Part shown: positions 1-8,248 of the stretch, in pieces | How the letters are laid out: the number at the start of each line of letters is the position of its first letter | How positions within the stretch are numbered: the first letter of the stretch is position 1 | Source: Okeania sp. | GTDB lineage: Bacteria > Cyanobacteriota > Cyanobacteriia > Cyanobacteriales > Microcoleaceae | Assembly: GCF_035285525.1 (NCBI RefSeq) | Contig: NZ_JAYKGW010000248.1 | Span: forward strand, 9,285-41,284 | Direction of reading: 5' to 3' | DNA length: 32,000 nucleotides | Notes under the pieces: model-generated | What the model was told of the DNA's origin: nothing | The model's database searches: none | Seen by the model: only the letters and a program-made list of their open reading frames with translations | Translations under genes and position numbers: made by a program

Positions 1-904
1 ATAAACCTGCCATTGCATCTTGTCGTTCTTGAGTAGCATCACAGATAGTATTAAAGTTTTGATAATGCTCATTTAATTTATCTGGTCCGTACTTTTTCAT
101 CATGGTTCTTTCAAACAACTTTCCTATTTCCTCAGTTTCACTTTTGAGCATAGTTGTTTGATTAGCAATACCAACTTCTTCTAAATCTAAATCTGGGTTA
201 AAACCTTCAGAATAAGAAAATTTAAACTTACTTAAAAATTCATCCCGGTTGCCACCATTGAGAATATAATTACAAACATATTCTGCCTGCGACATATTCA
301 GAACTATTAAATATTTATCAGCAAAAGAGCTAGTGGCAATAGTTTCTGCATGACTATATTTCCCATGAATAATAGAAGTAAATTTCTTCTTTTTATGTTT
401 TTCTACACTGTTCCAAACTTTAGAAACCCAAGGGCAAGTAGTATCAACAATTTGGCAATTTTTATCCTTTAAAATCTGCATTTCTTGAACACTTGCACCA
501 AAAGCAGGTAAGATTACTACATCGTTATTTCCAGCTACAGAAAAATCTTTTTTACCATCAATTACAGGAATAAATTTAATTTCCATATCCCTCATATCTT
601 GATTCACAGAAGGATTATGAATTAGTTCGTAAGTAATCCAAATTTGTTGATTAGGAAAATGTTGACGAGTTTCATAAGCCATTGCTACTGACCTTTCTAC
701 ACCCCAACAAAAACCAAAAGCTTTGGCAAGTTTAATAGTAACATTACCTTTTTTTAAAGTATAATTATTGTTTCTAATTTGTTGGATTAGGTTACTTTGA
801 TAAACAGACTCCATAACTGTCGCTACTTCTTCTGCATGACCAAATCCTTTACGGTTATAATTGTCAGATTTTTTTAGTTCCCTAGTAAAAGCTTTTGTAT
901 CCAT
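1..904 (-). CDS. ispH: 4-hydroxy-3-methylbut-2-enyl diphosphate reductase (IspH/LytB), N-terminal ~301 codons; the C-terminus lies beyond the window start
   Basis: My own minus-strand translation from ATG 904-902 stays open to position 1. It is absent from the ORF track because there is no stop in the window. Sequence: [76 protein letters not shown], the conserved blocks of cyanobacterial IspH. Confidence 0.9.
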   Translation of the reverse strand, partial: MDTKAFTRELKKSDNYNRKGFGHAEEVATVMESVYQSNLIQQIRNNNYTLKKGNVTIKLAKAFGFCWGVERSVAMAYETRQHFPNQQIWITYELIHNPSVNQDMRDMEIKFIPVIDGKKDFSVAGNNDVVILPAFGASVQEMQILKDKNCQIVDTTCPWVSKVWNSVEKHKKKKFTSIIHGKYSHAETIATSSFADKYLIVLNMSQAEYVCNYILNGGNRDEFLSKFKFSYSEGFNPDLDLEEVGIANQTTMLKSETEEIGKLFERTMMKKYGPDKLNEHYQNFNTICDATQERQDAMAGL

Positions 905-1022
905 TATGTTTTGTTATTAACCTTTCCTAATATCTGTTTTATCTTACAATATTTTTCCTAATAAAAATTCCAGATATCTATGTTGATGAGAATAAGGGGA
1001 TAAAAGTTAAGACAGAGCAGTA

Positions 1023-1060
1023 GGGGAGTCGGGGAGTCGGGGAGTCGGGGAGTCGGGGAG
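1023..1060. repeat. Tandem octamer GGGGAGTC, about 4.75 copies (STRR-like)
   Basis: Head-to-tail ggggagtc units read directly in the spacer upstream of ispH. Confidence 0.95.
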
Positions 1061-1313
1061 CAGAAAAGTAATTTTTTTTGCTCTAAGGATGTGCCTAAAA
1101 TGGTAACTTTTGGATTTTTCGGTTCCCGATAAATCGGATATTTTATCCCTTGACTTGGGTACCCAAATATAACCAAAATACTCACTTTTTTACCCAAAAA
1201 GGGCGAAAATCTGGTACTTTTTTAGTCACCAAAAATGCTATAACCTTTACCTGTAAAGCTTTTGAAGTTTAACCAGCCAGCCCTATTTATAACTGAAAAA
1301 GCTGATAACTGAA

Positions 1314-2177
1314 TTACTGAGGTTCTTCCAATGTCATTTTACTGTACATATTAATTGCGGTACTCCAAACTTGATAACCTTTATCATTCAAATGTAGACC
1401 ATCGGTACTTAATTCAGATCGGAGAAAACCTTGAGCATCTGTAAATAGTGGATGAATATTTAAAAAGAAAGCCCCTTCATTATCAGCTATGGCTTTCAAA
1501 CGACGATTTATTTTTTTAATCTGGCTATTAGATAGTTTCAATAGGCGATCGCGACCTTCCCAAGTAGCCGATTGGCCACTATGGGGCAAAATAGACTGGA
1601 CAACTATTTGACTTCCTGGATGGACAGCTCGTAATTGATGAATAATTTTTCTGTAATTGGCCAAAACAGTTCCATCATTTACTCCATGTATCAAATCATT
1701 AATCCCAATCATTACAAAAATTGTTTCTGGTCTGGTACTATCTAATAAATATAATCTCTTCAATAAACCTGCCGAAGTTTCTCCAGAAATTCCTTGATTT
1801 AACCAACTTCTATCCCAGGGAAGAAGTTTTGAGGGAAACCAAAGACTCAAAGAATCTCCTAATAAAATTGTTAGACGTTCAGGACGGTTATTAGCTGCAG
1901 CGATCGCCTCTCGCTCCAACTGTTCCACCCATTGTTGATATGTCCACTTGTGATTTCTCCCAATAGCCAGAAGTTTTGTGCGAGCTGCCCCGAATAGTGG
2001 ACTTGGTGTATTAGGTTTGATACTGTGAGAAGTAGGGGATATTATTGTAGTAGTTGCTTGAGGGTTTTCTGGGTTATAATCAGTGACGATTAGCATAGCC
2101 ACTATGAATGATAGTAGCCCATTTGCAGCTACAGAACACCAGACCCATTTTGGAACATCTCTAGAGAAAGTAAACAC
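1314..2177 (-). CDS. SGNH/GDSL-family hydrolase (lipase/acylhydrolase-like) with an N-terminal membrane anchor
   Basis: 287-aa ORF with the SGNH blocks LLGDSLS, GISGET, IGINDL and DGLHLN. There is a hydrophobic N-terminal segment. The annotated start codon is GTG. Confidence 0.8.
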   Translation of the reverse strand: MFTFSRDVPKWVWCSVAANGLLSFIVAMLIVTDYNPENPQATTTIISPTSHSIKPNTPSPLFGAARTKLLAIGRNHKWTYQQWVEQLEREAIAAANNRPERLTILLGDSLSLWFPSKLLPWDRSWLNQGISGETSAGLLKRLYLLDSTRPETIFVMIGINDLIHGVNDGTVLANYRKIIHQLRAVHPGSQIVVQSILPHSGQSATWEGRDRLLKLSNSQIKKINRRLKAIADNEGAFFLNIHPLFTDAQGFLRSELSTDGLHLNDKGYQVWSTAINMYSKMTLEEPQ

Positions 2178-2254
2178 CGTAGCTAAATTGAATTAGTCTC
2201 TATTAAGAAAACCAAGCCTAATCTGGAACATCTTGAGAAAAATTAAGGTTACCA

Positions 2255-2297
2255 AATAATTAATAATTAATAATTAATAATTAATAATTAAATAATT
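2255..2297. repeat. Tandem heptamer AATAATT, 5 perfect copies plus 1 imperfect (STRR)
   Basis: Read directly. A related array lies at 29695-29718. Confidence 0.9.
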
Positions 2298-3183
2298 CAG
2301 TTTATAAAGTCTCCCTTTTCAAGGATAAAAAGCAGTCGGGAGATGGGGAAGTTTCCCGCTCTTGCGGAGGTTTTCCCAAGTACGCCATCTCTAATATATA
2401 TCAAGAGAAATAAATTTTTGACTTTTAGAGAGAGGTAATTATCAATTATCAATTATCCATTAATGAATTTTATTTTGCACAAGGGAAGGTGGGTTTTCCC
2501 AAATTCTCTGAGAGTTTGGTCTTTCGGCTAGCCGAGGCTTGGATTTAGTTTATTATTACCGAAATCATTAGGGTATGTGCCTCCCCTTGGCTGCGCCACT
2601 AGCTGTAGCTCTACAGCAGGATGAAAAAAAATTCAATTCAGTATCTTAAGCCTCTCAGCTACTAATTTCTGATAACTGAAATAATCAGCTTATGCTATTT
2701 TATCCAGAGAGTTGATTAAATTAAGTTAAGAAAGTTAAGTAGTTGTGAAAAATTATTCCTAGTTGAGATAGGGAATAGGGAACGCTTAACTGGGAACAGG
2801 GAAAAAATTAATAATTTCTAGATAAGATTGAAGATTTATAATAGAATGTGCGATTGATTTTGCTTATGAAATTATACAATTAATTTTGCATAAGCACTTA
2901 TTCATATATCAAAAGTAATATCTGGATAAATTTTTCCTGTGGAAATGCTTGACAAATAAAATTTAGCAATTTCCGCCTCTTTTGCTTCTACTGCTATATC
3001 TAAATACTTCCCCAAAAACTTTCAATCCTCCCCATGCTTTGCTTAGGGAGGGAGTAGGGATATTAAGGAAGTTTTGAATCAACTTTTTGGAAGTTTCTCA
3101 ATCCCAAGACCTCACAAACTTCCTACTCTCCCCACACTCTTTTACCTTAGTCTCTATCTAAATAACCTTAAGTTATGACTATT

Positions 3184-4626
3184 TTAGTGAGAATGATCTT
3201 GAATAGCACCAGTTCCCAGGGAATCAGGTTCCTTCACAAAACCATGATAAGCTTCCATGCCATGTTCAGAAATATCCAAACCTTGATATTCTTGTTCTGC
3301 ATGAACACGAATACCAATAGTAGCCTTCAAAGCTAGCCAGAAAATAACACTCATAATCACTGTAAACAATCCGACTGAGATAATACCTATAGCTTGAGTT
3401 ACGATATTAGCTCCTTCGACAAAAATACCAACTGCTAAAGTACCCCAAATTCCACAGACTAAGTGAACTGAAGTAGCACCTACAGGGTCGTCAATTTTCA
3501 ATTGGTCAAAGAAGGGAACTGAGAAAACTACAATTATACCTGCAACAGCACCAATAATTACTGCTGATAAATAAGATACTCCATCACAACCTGCGGTAAT
3601 TCCGACTAGGCCAGCCAAAACACCATTAATAATCATGGAAAGGTCTGGCTTAGTATCTTTCAACCAAGATGTAATAGTTGCGGTTACACCACCTGCTGCT
3701 GCTGCTAAGTTTGTAGTTACAGCAATATAAACCACATTTTCGTCTGCTGCAAGTTGAGAACCGGGGTTAAAGCCAAACCAGCCGATCCAAAGAATTAGAC
3801 AGCCCAAGGTCGCAAAACCCATGTTATGACCGGGAATAGCTCTAGGTTGATTATTTTTATCGTACTTGCCCATTCGCGGTCCAAGTATATAGGCCCCTAC
3901 TAAGGCTGCCCAGCCACCTACTGAATGAACTGCGGTTGAACCAGCAAAGTCTTTGAAACCCATTGCACCTAGCCAACCACCACTACCCCAAATCCAATGT
4001 CCAGTAATGGGATATGAAATACCTGTGATTAGTAAGCTAAAAAATAAAAAGGCTGAAAATTCAATCCTTTCTGCTACTGCTCCAGAAACAATAGTGGCTG
4101 CAGTGGCTGCAAAAGCTGCTTGGAATAGGAAAAATATGGGGACTGGCAAACCCGCAGGAAATGGGTCTAGTCCATAAGTGCTAGAGTCACCAGTTAGAAA
4201 AAAACCACCCCCACCAATGAAGGGATTTTCTCCAGCAAACATTGTGGAAAATCCTATAGACCAATAGACTAATGTCGCCAAGGCAAATACAATTAGGTTT
4301 TTTGCTAAAATATTAACTGCATTTTTCTGGCGACAGAATCCTGTTTCTAACATTCCAAAACCAGCATTCATAAAAATCACAAATACTGAAGCTACTAGAA
4401 TCCAAATTGAGTCTAGAACTCCTTTTACATATTCTGTGGTTAACTCTTGGTCTTGAGCTGCTGCTGCTCCTGCCCATACAGCTATAATTATACATACTAA
4501 GGGTATGCAGGCTAATGTGGTTGGGGAAAACCATTTTTTCCGACTTAACCGATTCATTATTTTTGTCGGTTCTAAGAGACGGGTATTCTTTATTTTGTTG
4601 CTCCTAAATTTTAGCTTAGATGTCAT
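3184..4626 (-). CDS. amt: Ammonium transporter (Amt/MEP family)
   Basis: 480-aa polytopic ORF with Amt hallmarks: [44 protein letters not shown] and [11 protein letters not shown]. The true start could be the internal Met 23 codons downstream. Confidence 0.93.
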   Translation of the reverse strand: MTSKLKFRSNKIKNTRLLEPTKIMNRLSRKKWFSPTTLACIPLVCIIIAVWAGAAAAQDQELTTEYVKGVLDSIWILVASVFVIFMNAGFGMLETGFCRQKNAVNILAKNLIVFALATLVYWSIGFSTMFAGENPFIGGGGFFLTGDSSTYGLDPFPAGLPVPIFFLFQAAFAATAATIVSGAVAERIEFSAFLFFSLLITGISYPITGHWIWGSGGWLGAMGFKDFAGSTAVHSVGGWAALVGAYILGPRMGKYDKNNQPRAIPGHNMGFATLGCLILWIGWFGFNPGSQLAADENVVYIAVTTNLAAAAGGVTATITSWLKDTKPDLSMIINGVLAGLVGITAGCDGVSYLSAVIIGAVAGIIVVFSVPFFDQLKIDDPVGATSVHLVCGIWGTLAVGIFVEGANIVTQAIGIISVGLFTVIMSVIFWLALKATIGIRVHAEQEYQGLDISEHGMEAYHGFVKEPDSLGTGAIQDHSH

Positions 4627-4697
4627 TTTTTAGGCCAAATTAATTAGTTATATTGCAAATGCCAAAAATATAGCACCAGTTGTTGTGTGATTTTTCT

Positions 4698-4711
4698 GTA
4701 TCATCTACTAC
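4698..4711. promoter_or_regulatory. Candidate NtcA binding site GTA-N8-TAC upstream of amt
   Basis: tGTAtcatctacTACt lies 72 nt upstream of the amt ATG. A TATATT -10-like hexamer sits on the minus strand at 4672-4667, but the 25-nt spacing is longer than the usual ~22 nt. Confidence 0.35.
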
Positions 4712-4824
4712 TATTATTGATTTTTTAGTAGCTGCATAAACAGTATTTCTACAACAGTTTCTGACACAAAGAATAGCAAGTATTTGTGAATTTTTAACAC
4801 AAAATATTTGCATGATGGTTAAGT

Positions 4825-5334
4825 TTATCTCAAATATTCTTGATATCCAAGTTGTTCTAACCGATTTTGTTTTTCTATCACTGATTCTGCTAAAATTTGA
4901 CGATATTTTTGTATTTTTTCTAACAATTCTGGTTGGTGGGTTCCTAAGATTTGAACTGCTAATAAGCCAGCATTTTTGGCATTGCCGATCGCTACTGTAG
5001 CAACTGGTATTCCTCCTGGCATTTGCACTATAGAATATAAGGAATCTATTCCTTGTAATGTTTTAGTTTGGACTGGTACACCGATGACTGGGAGTGGCGT
5101 TAAAGATGCGACCATTCCTGGTAAATGTGCTGCTCCTCCAGCTCCAGCAATAATGACTTTTAGTCCTCTTTGATGAGCTGTTTGGGCATATTCAAACATT
5201 CTTTGGGGTGTACGGTGGGCTGAGAAAATGCCTACTTCCGAGGGTATGTTAAATTCTTCGCAGATAGCGATCGCTTCTTTCATGGTGGGCAAGTCTGAGT
5301 CACTGCCCATTATTATTCCGATTTGGGGAGTCAT
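4825..5334 (-). CDS. purE: N5-carboxyaminoimidazole ribonucleotide mutase
   Basis: 169 aa beginning [14 protein letters not shown], with SAHRTP and [12 protein letters not shown], the classic PurE motifs. Confidence 0.93.
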   Translation of the reverse strand: MTPQIGIIMGSDSDLPTMKEAIAICEEFNIPSEVGIFSAHRTPQRMFEYAQTAHQRGLKVIIAGAGGAAHLPGMVASLTPLPVIGVPVQTKTLQGIDSLYSIVQMPGGIPVATVAIGNAKNAGLLAVQILGTHQPELLEKIQKYRQILAESVIEKQNRLEQLGYQEYLR

Positions 5335-5368
5335 TTCAGTTATCAGTTACCAGTTATCAGTTATCAAC
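5335..5368. repeat. STRR heptamer array (CAGTTAT on plus, ATAACTG/TGATAAC on the purE strand) abutting the purE start codon
   Basis: ttcagttatcagttaccagttatcagttatcaac lies immediately 5' of the purE ATG on the coding strand. Confidence 0.9.
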
Positions 5369-5400
5369 ATTTAGTTTTTTCTAAATTTTCAACAATAACC

Positions 5401-5430
5401 CTGTAGAGACCTTGCATGCAACGTCCCTAC
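5401..5430. repeat. Short palindromic repeat, family D (CTGTAGGGACGTTGCAT..CAACGTCCCTACAG), degenerate copy
   Basis: ctgtagagaccttgcatgcaacgtccctac. Better copies lie at 13340-13380 and 22061-22090. Confidence 0.75.
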
Positions 5431-5580
5431 GTTGTGGTTGAATAATCATAAAAAACTATCTAAACTATATCGCTTTTTTTAGCAAACTTAAAGATGCAAA
5501 AGATATAGAATTCCTATTTAATTTGTAATATTTGCCTGGCAGCTTTAAGTATAGTAATATGAAATAATTTGTGAAAAAAA

Positions 5581-5638
5581 CTGTAGGGATTTGGTCTCAA
5601 TATCCATTAGCGCTTGGGTTTGGAGATCAAACCCCTAC
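5581..5638. mobile_element. MITE-like palindromic element, family C (GTAGGGATTTGGTCTC..GAGATCAAACCCCTAC)
   Basis: 16-nt terminal inverted repeats read directly. Related copies lie at 16957-17016 and 18392-18529, with a half-site at 31917-31932. Confidence 0.65.
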
Positions 5639-5953
5639 GTTAACCAAGTCAGAAGTCAGAAGTAATTTTTGTAAGGGTTATTTGAACAAGGTTCCCAAAA
5701 TATTTCGCCTTATAAAGGCGGGGTTTTAGACCCATATTATTTTGATAAAATATTATCACCTATTTAGGATTTCTATACATATAAAAATTATCACAACTGA
5801 ATTTAGGATTGCTATAGTTCTTAAAATGAAAAATTTAAAGTTGATTAATCTACATTTTAAGATTTTTTTCTAGCAGAAAAACTACTTTTAAATTGCTTTC
5901 TAGTTGAACACCAGTTATCATAATTTCTGACAAATAATTAGAAATTTAAACCT

Positions 5954-7138
5954 GTGAACGTAACTACTAAAATTATTAATGCTAAAGTCCCTGGTTATCA
6001 AAACCTACAGCAAATTTTCATTAATTCTACTGGCAAAATTGAGCAAATTATTCCTCAGACTGAAGAACTTTTACCTACCACATCTGCCACCATTGATGTA
6101 GAACAAGACTGGATTTCTTTAGGTGGAATTGATTTACAAATAAATGGTGCTTTAGGCTTACCTTTTCCTGAAGTAAATGAAACTTCTATCACTAAAATAC
6201 ATGAAATTTGTCAATACTTATGGCAACAAGGAATAGATGCTTTTTTGCCTACTATTGTCACAACTTCCATAAATAATATTCAGCGATCGCTCCAAATATT
6301 CCAAAATTTTGCCTCTCAACCTCCACAATCAGAAACATCCCAAATTTTGGGTGTACATTTAGAAGGACCTTTTTTAAATCCAGAAAAGCGGGGTGCTCAT
6401 CCTCAAGAATATTTATTACCATTAACTCTAGAAAATGTCAAGCAAGTAATTGGGAATTATGGTGAGACAGTTAAAATAATTACATTAGCACCGGAATTAG
6501 ACAGTACAGAAACAGTAATTCCCTACTTAAAAAATCTAGGAATTACAGTTAGTTTAGGGCATTCTCAAGCCACAGCAAATCAAGCAGAAATAGCATTTAA
6601 GTTAGGAGCTTCAATGGTGACTCATGCTTTTAATGCCATGCCAAGTTTACATCATCGTCAACCAGGTTTATTAGGAGCAGCAATTACAAATTCTGAGGTT
6701 ATGTGTGGGTTAATTGCTGATGGTCAACACGTCTGTTCAACAATGATTGAAATTTTGTTGAAAGCCAGTCAATTTCAGCAGGGAATATTTTTAGTTAGTG
6801 ATGCTTTAGCACCTTTAGGATTACCTGATGGAATTTATCCTTGGGATACTAGAGAAATAGAAGTTAAAAATGGTACAGTCAGACTAGAAGATGGAACTTT
6901 AGCAGGAACTACTTTATCTTTATTAGTTGGGGTTAAGAATTTGGTTAAGTGGGGAATTTGTGATGTGGAAACAGGAATTAATTTAGCAACTATTGCACCT
7001 CGGAAAGCTTTAGGAATGAATAGTGAAATTATCGGGAAATGTGAGAAAGATTTATTAAGGTGGCGAGTAAATAATGTAGGAATTTCCTCTTCTAAAGCAG
7101 TTGATATAGAGTTGAGTTGGCAGAGACTTTTATTTTAA
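5954..7138 (+). CDS. nagA: N-acetylglucosamine-6-phosphate deacetylase
   Basis: 394 aa (GTG start) with the amidohydrolase/NagA blocks GGIDLQING, HLEGPFLNPEKRGAH, LAPE, SLGHS, THAFNAM and ADGQH. Confidence 0.88.
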   Translation: MNVTTKIINAKVPGYQNLQQIFINSTGKIEQIIPQTEELLPTTSATIDVEQDWISLGGIDLQINGALGLPFPEVNETSITKIHEICQYLWQQGIDAFLPTIVTTSINNIQRSLQIFQNFASQPPQSETSQILGVHLEGPFLNPEKRGAHPQEYLLPLTLENVKQVIGNYGETVKIITLAPELDSTETVIPYLKNLGITVSLGHSQATANQAEIAFKLGASMVTHAFNAMPSLHHRQPGLLGAAITNSEVMCGLIADGQHVCSTMIEILLKASQFQQGIFLVSDALAPLGLPDGIYPWDTREIEVKNGTVRLEDGTLAGTTLSLLVGVKNLVKWGICDVETGINLATIAPRKALGMNSEIIGKCEKDLLRWRVNNVGISSSKAVDIELSWQRLLF

Positions 7139-7155
7139 TATTAAATAACTTTCTC

Positions 7156-7370
7156 GTAGGTTGGGTTAAGCTGGCGAAATCCAAAAATCCCTCTAAATCC
7201 CCCTTTGAAAGGGGGACTTTTTCTTGGCTCCCCCCTCTTTACAAAGCGAGGGGGATACGAATGAGCGATCGCTGATAATGTAGGTTGGGTTGAGGAAGTA
7301 CGAAACCCAACAAATATATTTTTTTAGATAGATATTTTTGTTGGGTTTTCTGTCGTCAATCCAACCTACA
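7156..7370. repeat. Cluster of cyanobacterial palindromic repeats, family E (GTAGGTTGGGTT..AACCCAACA..AATCCAACCTAC), plus G/C hairpins
   Basis: gtaggttgggtt occurs at 7156 and 7280, and its inverted partner tgttgggtt..aatccaacctaca lies at 7339-7370. Internal hairpins are tcccccTTTGAAAggggga and cccctcTTTACAAAGCgagggg. Confidence 0.75.
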
Positions 7371-7593
7371 AACTACAAATATAGAGTAGAGTTGGCAGAG
7401 ACTTTGTTGTTTAGTTTATGGCTTTGATAGTAACATAAAAAATGTCTGTTGGAGAGCGATCACTCATTGATAAACTCAAAACTTTTTTTCTTAATTATTG
7501 TAGTTAAGACATAATTTTTATTTAGTTTTATCTTCTGGTATTATGTGACTATAAATTATTATAAAATATCTCCAAAAACTATGACCGTAAAAG

Positions 7594-7982
7594 TTAATTA
7601 TCCTCATATAAAAATAGAATAAAATCAACTGGTTTGTCCAAACAATCACCAATTTCACATCTTGCTAAAATTGAAGCAATTTCTTGATTAGCATTGCTAT
7701 AGGAACTTCCAAATAAAAGAAGCTCAATAGCATCTTTTTGTCTTTCATCTAAAGAATGTTTTATAAAAAGGTCTTTTCCATTAAATTAATTTTAGGAGTT
7801 TGATTACTTAAGCTTTTTGTAGGTAAGGCTTGAAACTTATAAATGCGGTGAGTATTTTTCCAGTAATATTTCATTTCTTGATTAGGAAACAAATTATTAA
7901 ATTCTCTACTTATACGTTTGAGCATTTCTCCTCCAAAGTCAGCCATAATAACCAAATTCTTAACAAATAAGTTTCCTGACAA
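7594..7982 (-). pseudogene. Possible frameshifted remnant of an unknown small protein gene
   Basis: A 73-aa ORF (7761-7982) is followed, in a different frame, by an open stretch with no start codon: ..KDLFIKHSLDERQKDAIELLLFGSSYSNANQEIASILARCEIGDCLDKPVDFILFLYEDN*, ending at 7594. I recognise no family. Confidence 0.3.
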
Positions 7983-8046
7983 AGCCGAAGAGTTTACTAT
8001 TGTAAATAAGTCCTCTAATTCTAATACATCAATACTTAAAATTTTT

Positions 8047-8200
8047 AGGACTTACGCATTAACGCTATCCGTAGGGTGGGTTTTGCGTTCCGCAAAGCTC
8101 CGCTTTATATGTCCGCTCAAGCGCCTAAACGCTACGCGACATGGAAAGCGTATCTCGTAACCCACCGATACTCTATATCTAGTGTCTTTGCGTAAGTCCT
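8047..8200 (+). mobile_element. MITE-like element, family A (TIR AGGACTTACGCA..TGCGTAAGTCCT), 154 bp, GC-rich interior
   Basis: Perfect 12-nt terminal inverted repeats. The interior has nested inverted repeats (gtagggtgggtt..aacccaccgatac). There are 5 full copies in the window. Confidence 0.7.
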
Positions 8201-8248
8201 GATAGTAAATTAAATTAACCTCTAATTTCTTCTTCCCTCTTCCTTCTT

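Noticed and set aside
958-1197. The 79-aa minus-strand ORF
   Set aside because: It runs through the GGGGAGTC octamer array, which gives the PDSPTPRLPDSPTP repeat translation, and it lies in the ispH promoter spacer. It is a repeat artefact.
7918-8160. The 80-aa plus-strand ORF
   Set aside because: It reads straight through the family A MITE (8047-8200) and overlaps the opposite-strand remnant.
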